From contig OY969763.1 in the NCBI GenBank assembly GCA_963702845.1, forward strand, positions 4,576,001-4,640,000: a DNA stretch of 64,000 bases. The letters are read 5' to 3'. Within the stretch, counting starts at the first letter, position 1; every line of letters begins with the position of its first letter. The position numbers and the translations under genes were made by a program. Source of the DNA: an uncultured Verrucomicrobiae bacterium (lineage in GTDB: Bacteria > Verrucomicrobiota > Verrucomicrobiia > Limisphaerales > Palsa-1400). Shown here in pieces: positions 41,508 to 50,981 of this stretch. Under the pieces are notes generated by a model. The model was not told where the DNA came from. It did not search any database and saw only the letters and a program-made list of their open reading frames with translations.

Positions 41508-41864
41508 ATGAACACAAAACTATACGTCGGGAATCTTTCCTATGACGCAACCGAAAACGATATCCAGGACATGTTCGCAGCTTGCGGCCCTGTCCAGGAA
41601 GTAAACCTGATCATTGATCGCATGACCAACCGCTCCCGCGGCTTTGCATTCGTGACCATGGCGACGCCGGAAGGCGCCCAGGCCGCGATTCAGCAACTCG
41701 GCGGCAAGCAAATTGGTGGCCGTGACCTGACCGTTAACGAAGCTCGCCCTCGTGAAGAACGCAGCGGCGGTGGCGGCGGTGGCGGCGGCGGCGGACGTGG
41801 ATTCGGTGGTGGTGGCGGCGGCGGAGGCCGTGACCGTGGCGATCGTCAGTATTCCCGTCGCTAA
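41508..41864 (+). CDS. RRM RNA-binding protein with glycine-rich tail
   Basis: RNP2 LYVGNL, RNP1 [16 protein letters not shown], poly-Gly. Confidence 0.96.
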   Translation: MNTKLYVGNLSYDATENDIQDMFAACGPVQEVNLIIDRMTNRSRGFAFVTMATPEGAQAAIQQLGGKQIGGRDLTVNEARPREERSGGGGGGGGGGRGFGGGGGGGGRDRGDRQYSRR

Positions 41865-41876
41865 TTCGACAATTTG

Positions 41877-41913
41877 AGAACCCCGGTCCCTAAAAAAGGC
41901 CGGGGTTCTTTTT
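41877..41913 (+). terminator. Rho-independent terminator
   Basis: AGAACCCCGGTC-loop-GGCCGGGGTTCT followed by a T-run. Confidence 0.8.
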
Positions 41914-41923
41914 GTAAACACGT

Positions 41924-42145
41924 ATGAGTATCGAAGCTTCGATAGAAGTCGAAGGGACAATAAAGACTGTTTTGCCAGGCACCATGTTTCGTGTGACGCT
42001 GGATGTAAACCAACACGAAGTGTTGGCCCACATCTCGGGCAAGATGCGCAAGCATTTCGTGCGTTTGACCGCCGGTGATCGCGTGCGCCTGGAAATGTCT
42101 CCTTACGACTTGAGCAAAGCGCGCATCACATATCGTCTGCGCTAA
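41924..42145 (+). CDS. infA: Translation initiation factor IF-1
   Basis: [41 protein letters not shown]. Confidence 0.97.
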   Translation: MSIEASIEVEGTIKTVLPGTMFRVTLDVNQHEVLAHISGKMRKHFVRLTAGDRVRLEMSPYDLSKARITYRLR

Positions 42146-42158
42146 GTCCCCGCCCCTC

Positions 42159-43475
42159 TCACGAATGTGCCCAAGTCTCCTGGGACACAGTGAGGTAGTT
42201 TTCGATCTGATCCATCACGGTGGAGTCATTAAATTTCTCAAGCACTTCGTTCTGGGCAGTTTCAGCCATTTGAACTCGCAAGGCGGGTGAAATCAGAAGT
42301 TCCTGGATCCGCACAGCAAGTTGTTCGTCATCGCCCGGTGAATACGTGAAGGCGTTTTCTCCATGCCGCAATAATTCTTCCGCGCCGCGACTCGCGGTCC
42401 CAATCACAGGCAGACCACAGGCCATCGCTTCAAGCGGGGTGAACGGAAACGGTTCAGCCCATTCCACCGGATGCAACAGGGCATCGTGCTTTTTATAGAT
42501 CGCCGGCAAATCACTGTTTTGATTTGGGACGGTCAGAAATTCCACCGGTAATTGGTTTGTGACCACATACGAGCGCAGTTCCGCCAGATATTTCGTGTCC
42601 CCACGGCCATAGACGCTGGCGCTCACATCAAGTTTTGCGGCACGGGCGCGCTTGATCGCTTTTAACGCAGTGAAGACTCCACTTTGCGTGTTGAGATTGG
42701 CGACGATGAGAAATTTCTTAATGGGTGCGCTGCTAGACTTCAGCTCACCCACGAAAGACTGGGTTGAAATGCACGGGTAAATAATATCGGCGTGATGGAC
42801 ACAGAAACCGGCGCGTGCCGTGATTTCCTTCAAGGTGCCGCTGCAAAAATACAGTCGGTCAAATCGGAAACCGGCAATGGAGTTCGGTGCGACTTGCGCG
42901 CGAGCCTTCGCATCGCCGAAAATCGGTAGTCGGTTATAACCTTTCTGCATGCGCGTTGGAGCCGTCGAGTCGAGTCGTCCGCGTTCGCCACTCATTTCCA
43001 GAGCTGCGCGCGTTGATTGTTCCAGAAACGAAAGCGACGGGGCGTTCCAGAATCTAAGCCACGGATCTTCCATCACTTCGGCTGAGAGCCAGTAATCGTA
43101 GACATCGTAAACGGTCGGCAGCTTGGAATTGCGCAGAGTGAAAATCAGCGATTTCGAAAGGCCAGTTAGGCTGAAGACGTGGATGACATCGGGCTGAAAT
43201 TCCTGGATTGTTTCCATCAACACAGAATGGTTATGGAGTTCCATCGGTTTCATGTCGTGGAATTTCGTCAGTAACGGATGGCCATGAACACCATTCAACT
43301 GCAAGCGCCGATGGACCGTGCTTTCACGTAATTCGGTGCGAATACCGTGGCTTGATGTAAGGACGAGTACTTCGTGTCCGCGCAGGCGCAGAGCCTCGAT
43401 CACCGTCGGGCAATGGTTGTCGATAATCCCGGCGTGGTGCGGCGGGTAAAGGCTGGTCAGCGCGAGTATTCTCAT
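42159..43475 (-). CDS. Glycosyltransferase family 4
   Basis: 'LYPPHHAG', 'FQPDVIHV', 'EPFPFTPLEAMACGLPVI'. Confidence 0.88.
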   Translation of the reverse strand: MRILALTSLYPPHHAGIIDNHCPTVIEALRLRGHEVLVLTSSHGIRTELRESTVHRRLQLNGVHGHPLLTKFHDMKPMELHNHSVLMETIQEFQPDVIHVFSLTGLSKSLIFTLRNSKLPTVYDVYDYWLSAEVMEDPWLRFWNAPSLSFLEQSTRAALEMSGERGRLDSTAPTRMQKGYNRLPIFGDAKARAQVAPNSIAGFRFDRLYFCSGTLKEITARAGFCVHHADIIYPCISTQSFVGELKSSSAPIKKFLIVANLNTQSGVFTALKAIKRARAAKLDVSASVYGRGDTKYLAELRSYVVTNQLPVEFLTVPNQNSDLPAIYKKHDALLHPVEWAEPFPFTPLEAMACGLPVIGTASRGAEELLRHGENAFTYSPGDDEQLAVRIQELLISPALRVQMAETAQNEVLEKFNDSTVMDQIENYLTVSQETWAHS

Positions 43476-43966
43476 TCAACAATCCGTAGTTCGTCACCGA
43501 TTTTGATACGGCCCGACTTCACAATTTCCGCGATAACACCCTGCCGTTTGTCGCACATGAGCAACCGCATGCCGGGCAGAATTCGATCCATTTGATCGCA
43601 CGGCAGACGCGGTTCGTAAAAATTCAAAACAGCATCGCCGACTTGGACTTTTTTGCCGATGAGCGAAATGAGATCAACGCCGGCAGTTTCGACATTCGAT
43701 TTCACAAGGCCGGGCGTGATGTTTGCCTTCAATGATTCGGCGTGTTGCGCGATGATTTCGCGTTCGATCAACGTGACATTGCGGCGGCTGGACTGGCCGG
43801 AACGGTTCTTGCGCTCGAAGTAACGCGGCTCACCCACAATGCCTTTTCCGGCGACGACCTCGATTTCCGAAGTATCAGTCATGCGTTGACCGGGTTTTTC
43901 CGGATGCAAGTGGAGCGAAGCGACACGGCCGGGAACCTGTTGTTGGCCGGTAATGGTCGCGTTCAT
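43472..43966 (-). CDS. MOSC-domain protein
   Basis: 'VAGKGIVG', 'RNVTLIE', 'PRLPC', 'G..AEIVKSGRIKIGD'. Confidence 0.85.
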   Translation of the reverse strand: MNATITGQQQVPGRVASLHLHPEKPGQRMTDTSEIEVVAGKGIVGEPRYFERKNRSGQSSRRNVTLIEREIIAQHAESLKANITPGLVKSNVETAGVDLISLIGKKVQVGDAVLNFYEPRLPCDQMDRILPGMRLLMCDKRQGVIAEIVKSGRIKIGDELRIVE

Positions 43967-44024
43967 GAGTGCAACATAGAAAAGCAGCGTTGATTCAGCA
44001 ATAGCGCGTTTCAATAATGGGCCG

Positions 44025-44804
44025 ATGCGAATTCCGTATTATCAGGTCAATGCGTTTACGAAAGAGCCGTTTGGTGGAAACCCTGCTGGTGTTTGCGTGC
44101 TTGATCAATGGCCCGGCGACAATCTGCTGCAAAAAATCGCGGCGGAAAACAATTTGTCTGAAACGGCGTTTTTTGTTTGCGAAGGAGAATCGTTTCGACT
44201 GCGCTGGTTCACCCCAACTGTGGAAGTGGATCTCTGTGGTCACGCCACGCTGGCGACTGCGGCGGTTTTGTTTTCTGAGCTGGGATATCAAGGTGATCGG
44301 ATTCGGTTTGAAACTAAGAGCGGCTCACTGTTCGCAGCACGGCGCGAGAATTCGATTGAGTTGGATTTGCCGTCATGGCGACCCGAACCGTGCACCGCAC
44401 CGCAGGATTTGGCGCGCGCGTTAGGATGCGAACCTCGCGAAGTGTTCGCTTCGCGGGATTACATCGCAGTCTTTGATTCGCAAAAAGAGGTGCTGGCGCT
44501 GGCACCGGACATGGACTTGTTAATGAAGCTCGATCGTGATGGTGTGATCGTCACCGCAGCCGGGTCAGACGCGGATTTTATCTCGCGGTATTTTGCACCA
44601 CGCCTCGGGGTTCCTGAAGATCCGGTCACCGGTTCTGCGCATTGCTCGCTGATTCCCCTCTGGGCGACGTGGCTCGGCAAGACGGAAATGTTCGCGCGAC
44701 AAGTCTCACGTCGTCGGGGAGAATTGTGGTGCCGGCTCGCCGGAGAGCGAGTCGCGATTCGAGGGAACGCGAAAATTTACAAACGCGGCGAGTTAACCGT
44801 TTAA
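44025..44804 (+). CDS. PhzF-family isomerase
   Basis: QVNAFT..FGGNPAGV, NLSETAF, EVDLCGHATLA, EDPVTGSAH. Confidence 0.93.
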   Translation: MRIPYYQVNAFTKEPFGGNPAGVCVLDQWPGDNLLQKIAAENNLSETAFFVCEGESFRLRWFTPTVEVDLCGHATLATAAVLFSELGYQGDRIRFETKSGSLFAARRENSIELDLPSWRPEPCTAPQDLARALGCEPREVFASRDYIAVFDSQKEVLALAPDMDLLMKLDRDGVIVTAAGSDADFISRYFAPRLGVPEDPVTGSAHCSLIPLWATWLGKTEMFARQVSRRRGELWCRLAGERVAIRGNAKIYKRGELTV

Positions 44805-44832
44805 CGTTTTGGCACTCTCGCGCGCCAGGCGA

Positions 44833-46214
44833 TTACGCCTTTTCTTCCATCATCTCACGACGGCCGGTGCCGAGAAGTTGTTCTACAAAGGCGGTCGAAT
44901 AAACGCCACGACGGAAATTTGGGTCGCGCAGAATCGCTTGTTCGAACGGGATCGTGGTTTTGATACCCGTGATCATGTACTCGTCCAACGCGCGGCTCAT
45001 CTTGTCCATAGCTTCGCGACGATCGCGACCTTTGCAGATCAACTTGCCAATCATCGAGTCGTAATATGGCGGGATCGTGTATCCGGCGTAGCAATGGCTA
45101 TCAACGCGCACGCCGCCGCCGCCCGGTGGATAATACATTTCAATACGGCCCGGCGACGGACGGAAATCATCAAACGGATCTTCGGCGTTGATGCGGCACT
45201 CGATCGCGTGACCTTTCATCGTGATATCGCCTTGCGAAAGCTTGTGCGGCTCGCCCATCGCCACCTGGATTTGCAGCTTCACGAGATCCAGCCCGGTGAC
45301 TTCTTCCGTAATCGGGTGCTCGACCTGAATGCGCTTGTTCATTTCGAGGAAGTAGAAATGACCTTTTTCGTCGACGATAAATTCGACGGTGCCGGCGTTC
45401 GTGTAATGTGCCACTTCGGCGATGCGCACCGCCGCTTTACCCATTTTTTTGCGCAAATCTTTAAATTTATGTTCAATAGCGGCGACGGCGTTTCTTCGAC
45501 GATCTTTTGATTGCGCCGTTGGATGGAGCAATCGCGTTCACCGAGATGAACGATGTTGCCACGCATGTCACCGAGGATCTGGAACTCGATGTGATGCGAG
45601 GTTTCGATGAACTTTTCGATGTAAACGCCGGAGTTACCGAAAGCCTTTTCGGCTTCACTGCGCGCTGTGTGATAACCCTTTACCAGCGAAATATCGTTGT
45701 GCGCCACGCGCATACCACGACCGCCACCGCCAGCGACGGCTTTAATCATCACCGGGTAGCCAATGCGTTTCGCAACAGTGAGCGCTTCCTGCTCGTTCTC
45801 GATGGTCCCGTCGGAACCGGGCGGCGTTGGCACACCGGCACGTTTGGCAAGTGCGCGGCTGGCCGCTTTGTCCTCGAGCGCATTCATCGCGCGCGAACTC
45901 GGCCCGATGAAACGGATATTGCAACTTTCGCAAACGTCCGCGAAGTGCGCGTTCTCAGAAAGAAAACCGTAACCGGGATGGATCGCATCAACATCGGCGA
46001 TTTCCGCCGCGCTGATGATACGGTCGATGCGGAGGTAACTTTCGTTGCTTGGCGGTTTGCCGATGCAGATGGCTTCGTCCGCCATCTGGACATGGATGGA
46101 ATTAACGTCAGCCTCCGAATAAACCGCAACGGTCCGGATATTCAGTTCCTTGCAGGCGCGAATGATGCGCACTGCGATTTCGCCTCGGTTGGCAACCAGG
46201 ATTTTTTCGAACAT
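44833..46214 (-). CDS. accC: Acetyl-CoA carboxylase biotin carboxylase; frameshift near 45477
   Basis: [25 protein letters not shown] and ERDCSIQRR in one frame; [25 protein letters not shown] and YYDSMIGKL in another. Confidence 0.93.
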
Positions 46215-46229
46215 TTGAGTTAATCCGGC

Positions 46230-46721
46230 TTAGGTCGGCCGAATTTTGAAGAGCGGTTGACCGAACTCGACCGGCTTGGCGTTTTCCACCAAAATCGCAG
46301 TCACCACGCCTTTGCATTCGGCCTTAATTTCGTTCATGACCTTCATCGCTTCGATGAGGCAGACGACGGTGTCGGGATTCACTTCGCTGCCGACTTCCAC
46401 GTATTCCGCTGATTCGGGAGAAGGCGCGCGGTAAAAGGTGCCGATCATCGGCGATTTGATTTCGAGAAGATTTGCGTCAGCTGCGGCGGATGCAGCGGCA
46501 GCGGCTGTCGCAGCAATCGTGGCTGCGGAAGGAGCAACCATAGGAGCAGGACCGGCGACGGGCAAAGACATCGCATACGAAGTCGCTCCCCCACCCTCTT
46601 CACCCGACGCGCCTGTGCCTCGTTTTAATTTTATTTTAAAGTCCTGATGCTCGAGTTCGAACTCGGTCAGCGAGTTCTTCCGCATCAAATCGATGATGCC
46701 CTTGATATCTTTTAAATCCAC
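46230..46721 (-). CDS. accB: Biotin carboxyl carrier protein
   Basis: SPMIGTFYRAP, EAMKVMNE; SD GGAGG before GTG. Confidence 0.96.
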   Translation of the reverse strand: MDLKDIKGIIDLMRKNSLTEFELEHQDFKIKLKRGTGASGEEGGGATSYAMSLPVAGPAPMVAPSAATIAATAAAAASAAADANLLEIKSPMIGTFYRAPSPESAEYVEVGSEVNPDTVVCLIEAMKVMNEIKAECKGVVTAILVENAKPVEFGQPLFKIRPT

Positions 46722-46990
46722 ATCGCCTCCGGCGTTCGTTGGTGAGCCGAATCGACGCGGGGGGATCGCGCTTTTCTCGGCGACAACATAGGTTGTAAGT
46801 TAGCCATCTATTTAAGCAAAAAAGCAGAGGCCGCTGGGCAACCCTGCTTTAAGTCGTATTTTTAAAGTTCCGCGACAGTAGTTCGCCAATTTAGGGCAGT
46901 CAAGCATGAAAAACTCAACCCAAATACAGGGTTCCACCGATGTTTTTATGGCAAAAGAGAATAAGTTGCGAACAACTTTAACGGTAATGC

Positions 46991-48322
46991 CTAAGAAACG
47001 ACCGGTTTTGTCAGTTTCGCGTTTGCCAGCAGCCAACCTATCAAGAAGAAGGTCGGCCATGCGATTGCCGGGATGTAAAGGTGGAACTCCACGAACTCAT
47101 GCAGGACAACACCAACGACACCAATCAGCACAAATCGGGTGTTTTGGCTACTGTAACGATACAGTATGACCGCAATCGTGCCTGCAAAAGCGCAAAACAC
47201 CAAAAAACCGGGAATACCGCTGTCACATAGTTGCTCTAAAAAGTCGTTGTGAGCCAGCCGCGCCATCTCCGATTCGGGTGATTTGACCTTAGCGTAACCG
47301 ATTGCAAACGTACCTGGGCCAGTCCCCAGAATCGGATGATCCCGACCGAGGACCAAGGCCGCTCGCCAATAATCGAAACGAGCCACCACACTCGTCGAGC
47401 CGCGTTGAAAAAACTGCGCGTATCGAATTCCAAAGCCCACCAACCCGCAGACCAGCACGGTGAGAATGATCGTAAGTTTCGTGCGTTTCGAGAAGGTCGA
47501 TCCGGCAATCGCAATCAATGCGAGAATGAGTGCGATGAGCCAACCGGCTTTGGAGCTGGACCAATAGAGGCAAGCCAACGAAGGAATCGAGATAAGGGCC
47601 AAAACAGTCCAGCGCGCGCGGTCGCGGAGCTTAGCGGTAACCTGCCATATGAAGCCAAGGGTTATCGGTAATAACAGGAGTAGCCCACCAGCCAAGGTAT
47701 TTGGGTAGAAGAGAGTCGAGTAAATGCGAGTGCTGGACAGTTTTTTGATGAATTCCGGCGGGGCATTGCGCCAGTTGGGCGTTTCGTAGAAGAACTTGCG
47801 GGTTTGTTCCAAGCCGCCGAAGTGCTGTTCCCAACCGACCCGAACAATCCAGAGGAGCGCCAGTGAAAGGAATACCCAAATCGGCCACGGGTTTCGCATC
47901 TGGCCCAGCCCAACGAAACCTAGATAGAACATCAGGATGCAGACGACGAAATGTTTCAACGCGGCCCCAGTCAGGGCGGAGTCAACGGTATGACTCGCGG
48001 AGATGAACTGCCAAATCAGCCAGAGAATTGGGAATGCTAGCGCCCATTTGATCCCGCGCGACCAAGAAGCGGCGAGCAGGTTGCTTGGGCGAACGCATGC
48101 GAGACCTACGATCACAACAGGGGCGAGACATATATATCCCCATTTCACCGGCCATGCGCCGTAAAGCCATTCGAAGAAGTTTTCGGGGGCCGTGACCTGT
48201 GAATCGAGAATGACGGGGTTGCCGAATTTTAGGAGGGCGATGAAAAAGAAGAGACCGGCAACGGATGCGAAAAGCAGGCCGCGTTGGTCCTTTACTCGTT
48301 CAGGCTGAACAGCTTTGTCCAA
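46991..48322 (-). CDS. O-antigen ligase (Wzy_C/WaaL)-family membrane protein
   Basis: 'YPNTLAG', 'SSSKAGW', 'R..YWR', 'HPILGTGPGTF', 'AHNDFLE'. Confidence 0.85.
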   Translation of the reverse strand: MDKAVQPERVKDQRGLLFASVAGLFFFIALLKFGNPVILDSQVTAPENFFEWLYGAWPVKWGYICLAPVVIVGLACVRPSNLLAASWSRGIKWALAFPILWLIWQFISASHTVDSALTGAALKHFVVCILMFYLGFVGLGQMRNPWPIWVFLSLALLWIVRVGWEQHFGGLEQTRKFFYETPNWRNAPPEFIKKLSSTRIYSTLFYPNTLAGGLLLLLPITLGFIWQVTAKLRDRARWTVLALISIPSLACLYWSSSKAGWLIALILALIAIAGSTFSKRTKLTIILTVLVCGLVGFGIRYAQFFQRGSTSVVARFDYWRAALVLGRDHPILGTGPGTFAIGYAKVKSPESEMARLAHNDFLEQLCDSGIPGFLVFCAFAGTIAVILYRYSSQNTRFVLIGVVGVVLHEFVEFHLYIPAIAWPTFFLIGWLLANAKLTKPVVS

Positions 48323-49363
48323 TCAAAGCTTAAGCTTAAGTAAACCGACTTCTAAAGCGAGCGCTTCCTGCACGTTGGTGTTGCTGAGGCGGCGCTGGAG
48401 GTCGCCCAGAGTTTCGAGGTTTTCGCGAGCGTCGGCAGGCGAAATGCGTTTGGCGATGGTTTGCGCCGCTGGGGAAAGATCCGGAAAACCAAGGTAACTC
48501 GCGTCAGGAGCGGATTGGGTGACGGTTTGGAGCCAGACATCGCGTAGCCACCATTGCAATGCCGCGAGGAGATCGTTGCGTTGACGGCGGTATTCAGATT
48601 CCACCGCGGCGGCGAGTTCTTTTTCGTATTTCTCGCGCAGGTCGGAATCAATGTCGTTGTATTTCTCCAACGGCGATCGTTCCGAAAGCGCGGCTTCGAT
48701 TTCTTCGTGCTCGGCGCCAAGTTCTTTCAAAAGTAAACCGAGCAGGCGATAGCGCGGGAGCAGCCCGCGCCCGGATTCTGCAGCCACGGAGCTAAACGTG
48801 TTCGCCCAGTCTTTGTGCCGTGGACTGAAATGCGCGCCTTCGCCGGCAAAATTTAAACGCAGGCAACGGGAGATAATGGTTTCCAGAATGCGCTGAATGT
48901 CCGTTGTAAGAAGAATCAGAATCGATTTCGATGGAGGCTCTTCCAACGTCTTAAGAAACGCATTGGCCGCCTGATTGTTCAAACGATCGGCGCAGACGAT
49001 CACGCCGACTTTGTATTCGGCGATCGTAGGTTTGAAATTGATGGTCTGAATAAGGTCGCGGACCTGGTCGATGCCGATGACGCGCGACTTCATTTCGGGG
49101 CGGACCCACAGGACATCCGGATGGTTGAACGCGTTGATGCGGATGCAACTATCGCACTTGTCGCAACATTCGATCGGGATGCCGTTCTCACCGCGTTTTG
49201 GTGGCGACTGGCAATTGAGAACTTTAGCAAGTGTTCGCGCCACCGCCTCAAGTTCCTCCTGCGAACTACCGTTAAACAAGTAACCATGCGCAAGCCGATT
49301 GCGATCGAGACTTCGCTGCAGAATCTCAATGACGGCTTTTTGCTCAGGAAAATCTTTGAACAT
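48323..49363 (-). CDS. holB: DNA polymerase III delta' subunit
   Basis: 'RLAHGYLF', Zn-binding C..CCDKCDSC, NHPDV, AANAFLKTLEEPP, TIISRC. Confidence 0.92.
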   Translation of the reverse strand: MFKDFPEQKAVIEILQRSLDRNRLAHGYLFNGSSQEELEAVARTLAKVLNCQSPPKRGENGIPIECCDKCDSCIRINAFNHPDVLWVRPEMKSRVIGIDQVRDLIQTINFKPTIAEYKVGVIVCADRLNNQAANAFLKTLEEPPSKSILILLTTDIQRILETIISRCLRLNFAGEGAHFSPRHKDWANTFSSVAAESGRGLLPRYRLLGLLLKELGAEHEEIEAALSERSPLEKYNDIDSDLREKYEKELAAAVESEYRRQRNDLLAALQWWLRDVWLQTVTQSAPDASYLGFPDLSPAAQTIAKRISPADARENLETLGDLQRRLSNTNVQEALALEVGLLKLKL

Positions 49364-49773
49364 TACTCCTGCGGCTTTGGTTGTTCCAAAGCTCGAACGG
49401 CCAGAGGAATGCTGGTGAGCGGGCGATTGTCGATCGACACGTCCACGGAATACAGCCCAGCTTGCTCCAGCTTCAACGGCTGGAAATTAATGATGAAGTT
49501 TCGGGACAAGAAAGTTGCGTCCCCTGGAAAGGCTACATCGATCGGGATGTCCATACTTTGCATGATTAACTGCCCGTCTTCATCGCCGAACTTGAGTTTC
49601 AAATCGTGATGACCTTCTTCCATGCGATCGAACATGATACGCAATGCGACGGCGCACTGCGGATGCAAAACAGGAAATTGACCAGCCAGGATGGTGTCAA
49701 ATGTGCCGAGAAGATTGAGCTTCCCGTTGTAATCGGTCGCCGCGTCGCACAGAACCGCTACCTGAATTGTCAT
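49363..49773 (-). CDS. Conserved hypothetical protein (DUF6941-like)
   Basis: 'LCDAAT...GKLNLLGTFDTI', all-beta pattern; ATG at 49773. Confidence 0.7.
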   Translation of the reverse strand: MTIQVAVLCDAATDYNGKLNLLGTFDTILAGQFPVLHPQCAVALRIMFDRMEEGHHDLKLKFGDEDGQLIMQSMDIPIDVAFPGDATFLSRNFIINFQPLKLEQAGLYSVDVSIDNRPLTSIPLAVRALEQPKPQE

Positions 49774-49811
49774 ACTTTGAACGCTAAAGGATTCAAGCCG
49801 TCGGGCAATTG

Positions 49812-50882
49812 CTAAATCTTCACCTTGAACTCTTCGCCCCGTTTCAAGGAAAGCGCGAAGGCGGCCATGAGTTTTGGAATTTGTTCGAGGTCTTTTAGGC
49901 TGACCACTTCGACTGGCGAATGCATGTAGCGGTTCGGCAGACTGATGAGCCCACTGGGGATGCCACCGCGAGTCCAAAAGATGACGTCCGTATCCGTGCC
50001 GCTGGTGGCGGACATGGCTTCGTGCTGAAGATTAATCTTCTCCTTCGCGGCGACTTCTTCGATGCGCGCTACGACTTCGGGATGATTGCATCCACCGTGC
50101 GTGATGGCCGGGCCTTCGCCAACTTTGATATCACCGTGTTGTTGCTGGTTCACCGTCGGATAATCGGTCGCGTGCGTCACGTCCACAACCAGCGCGACGT
50201 CAGGCTTCAACGTGTACGCGATTTGACGCGCACCGAGCAGACCCACTTCTTCCATGATGTTGGAGACGGCGAGAATTTCCGCTTCCGGCTTCTGTTTGCT
50301 TTCGCTTAACAGGCGTAACGTTTCGGCCACAGAAAATGTCCCGATGCGGTTATCGAACGCACGCGCAATGGCGAGGTCGTTGCGGAGCAATTCAAATTGA
50401 TCGACCAACGTAATCGGGTCGCCGATGCGGACAAGCTTTTCGGCATCGGCTTTTTTGCCCACGCCAATATCGATGAACAGATCCTCCATTTTAGGGGCTT
50501 TCCGTTCGCCCTCCTGCTTCGTGAGATGCGGGGCCACGTTGCCGACGACGCCTCTGACGGGCCCTTTTCTTGTGTGAATAGTGACGCGTTGGGCCTTGGT
50601 AATTGCCGGATCCACGCCGCCGATTTTGCGAACGTAAATGAATCCCTGCTCATTGATAAAGTTAACCGTCATGCCGATTTCGTCAGCGTGGCCGGCGAGC
50701 ATGATGCGCGGCGAACCGCCTTTGTTCAGGATGGCGACGGCGTTGCCATAGGAGTCCGTGAAAGTTTCGTCGGCGTATTCTTTAACGTAATCGAGCCAGA
50801 CGCGTTGGCCGCGGTGTTCGTGGCCGGACGGGCTCGGGGTGTTAACAAGCTTTTCGAGGAATTGAAGAGATTGTTCACGCAT
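49812..50882 (-). CDS. M42-family metallo-aminopeptidase
   Basis: PSPSGHE, GHADEIG, AFDNRIG, EEVG, DVTHA, GTD, RYMHSP. Confidence 0.93.
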   Translation of the reverse strand: MREQSLQFLEKLVNTPSPSGHEHRGQRVWLDYVKEYADETFTDSYGNAVAILNKGGSPRIMLAGHADEIGMTVNFINEQGFIYVRKIGGVDPAITKAQRVTIHTRKGPVRGVVGNVAPHLTKQEGERKAPKMEDLFIDIGVGKKADAEKLVRIGDPITLVDQFELLRNDLAIARAFDNRIGTFSVAETLRLLSESKQKPEAEILAVSNIMEEVGLLGARQIAYTLKPDVALVVDVTHATDYPTVNQQQHGDIKVGEGPAITHGGCNHPEVVARIEEVAAKEKINLQHEAMSATSGTDTDVIFWTRGGIPSGLISLPNRYMHSPVEVVSLKDLEQIPKLMAAFALSLKRGEEFKVKI

Positions 50883-50981
50883 GGCGGGAACTTAATTGAA
50901 AGCGGCCGAAAACCAAATGGAAAACATCCGGTTTTCGCCTATACCGTTAAAAATCTCGTGAGGCAACATAGAGGGAAATCC

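Noticed and set aside
46714..46807. 31-aa leader ORF overlapping the accB start
   Set aside because: No attenuator features or biased codons; accB has its own GGAGG SD
50397..50981. N-terminal 195 codons of the 1159-aa ORF
   Set aside because: Mostly overlaps the M42 peptidase gene on the opposite strand; the likely start is GTG at 50982, just before the membrane anchor
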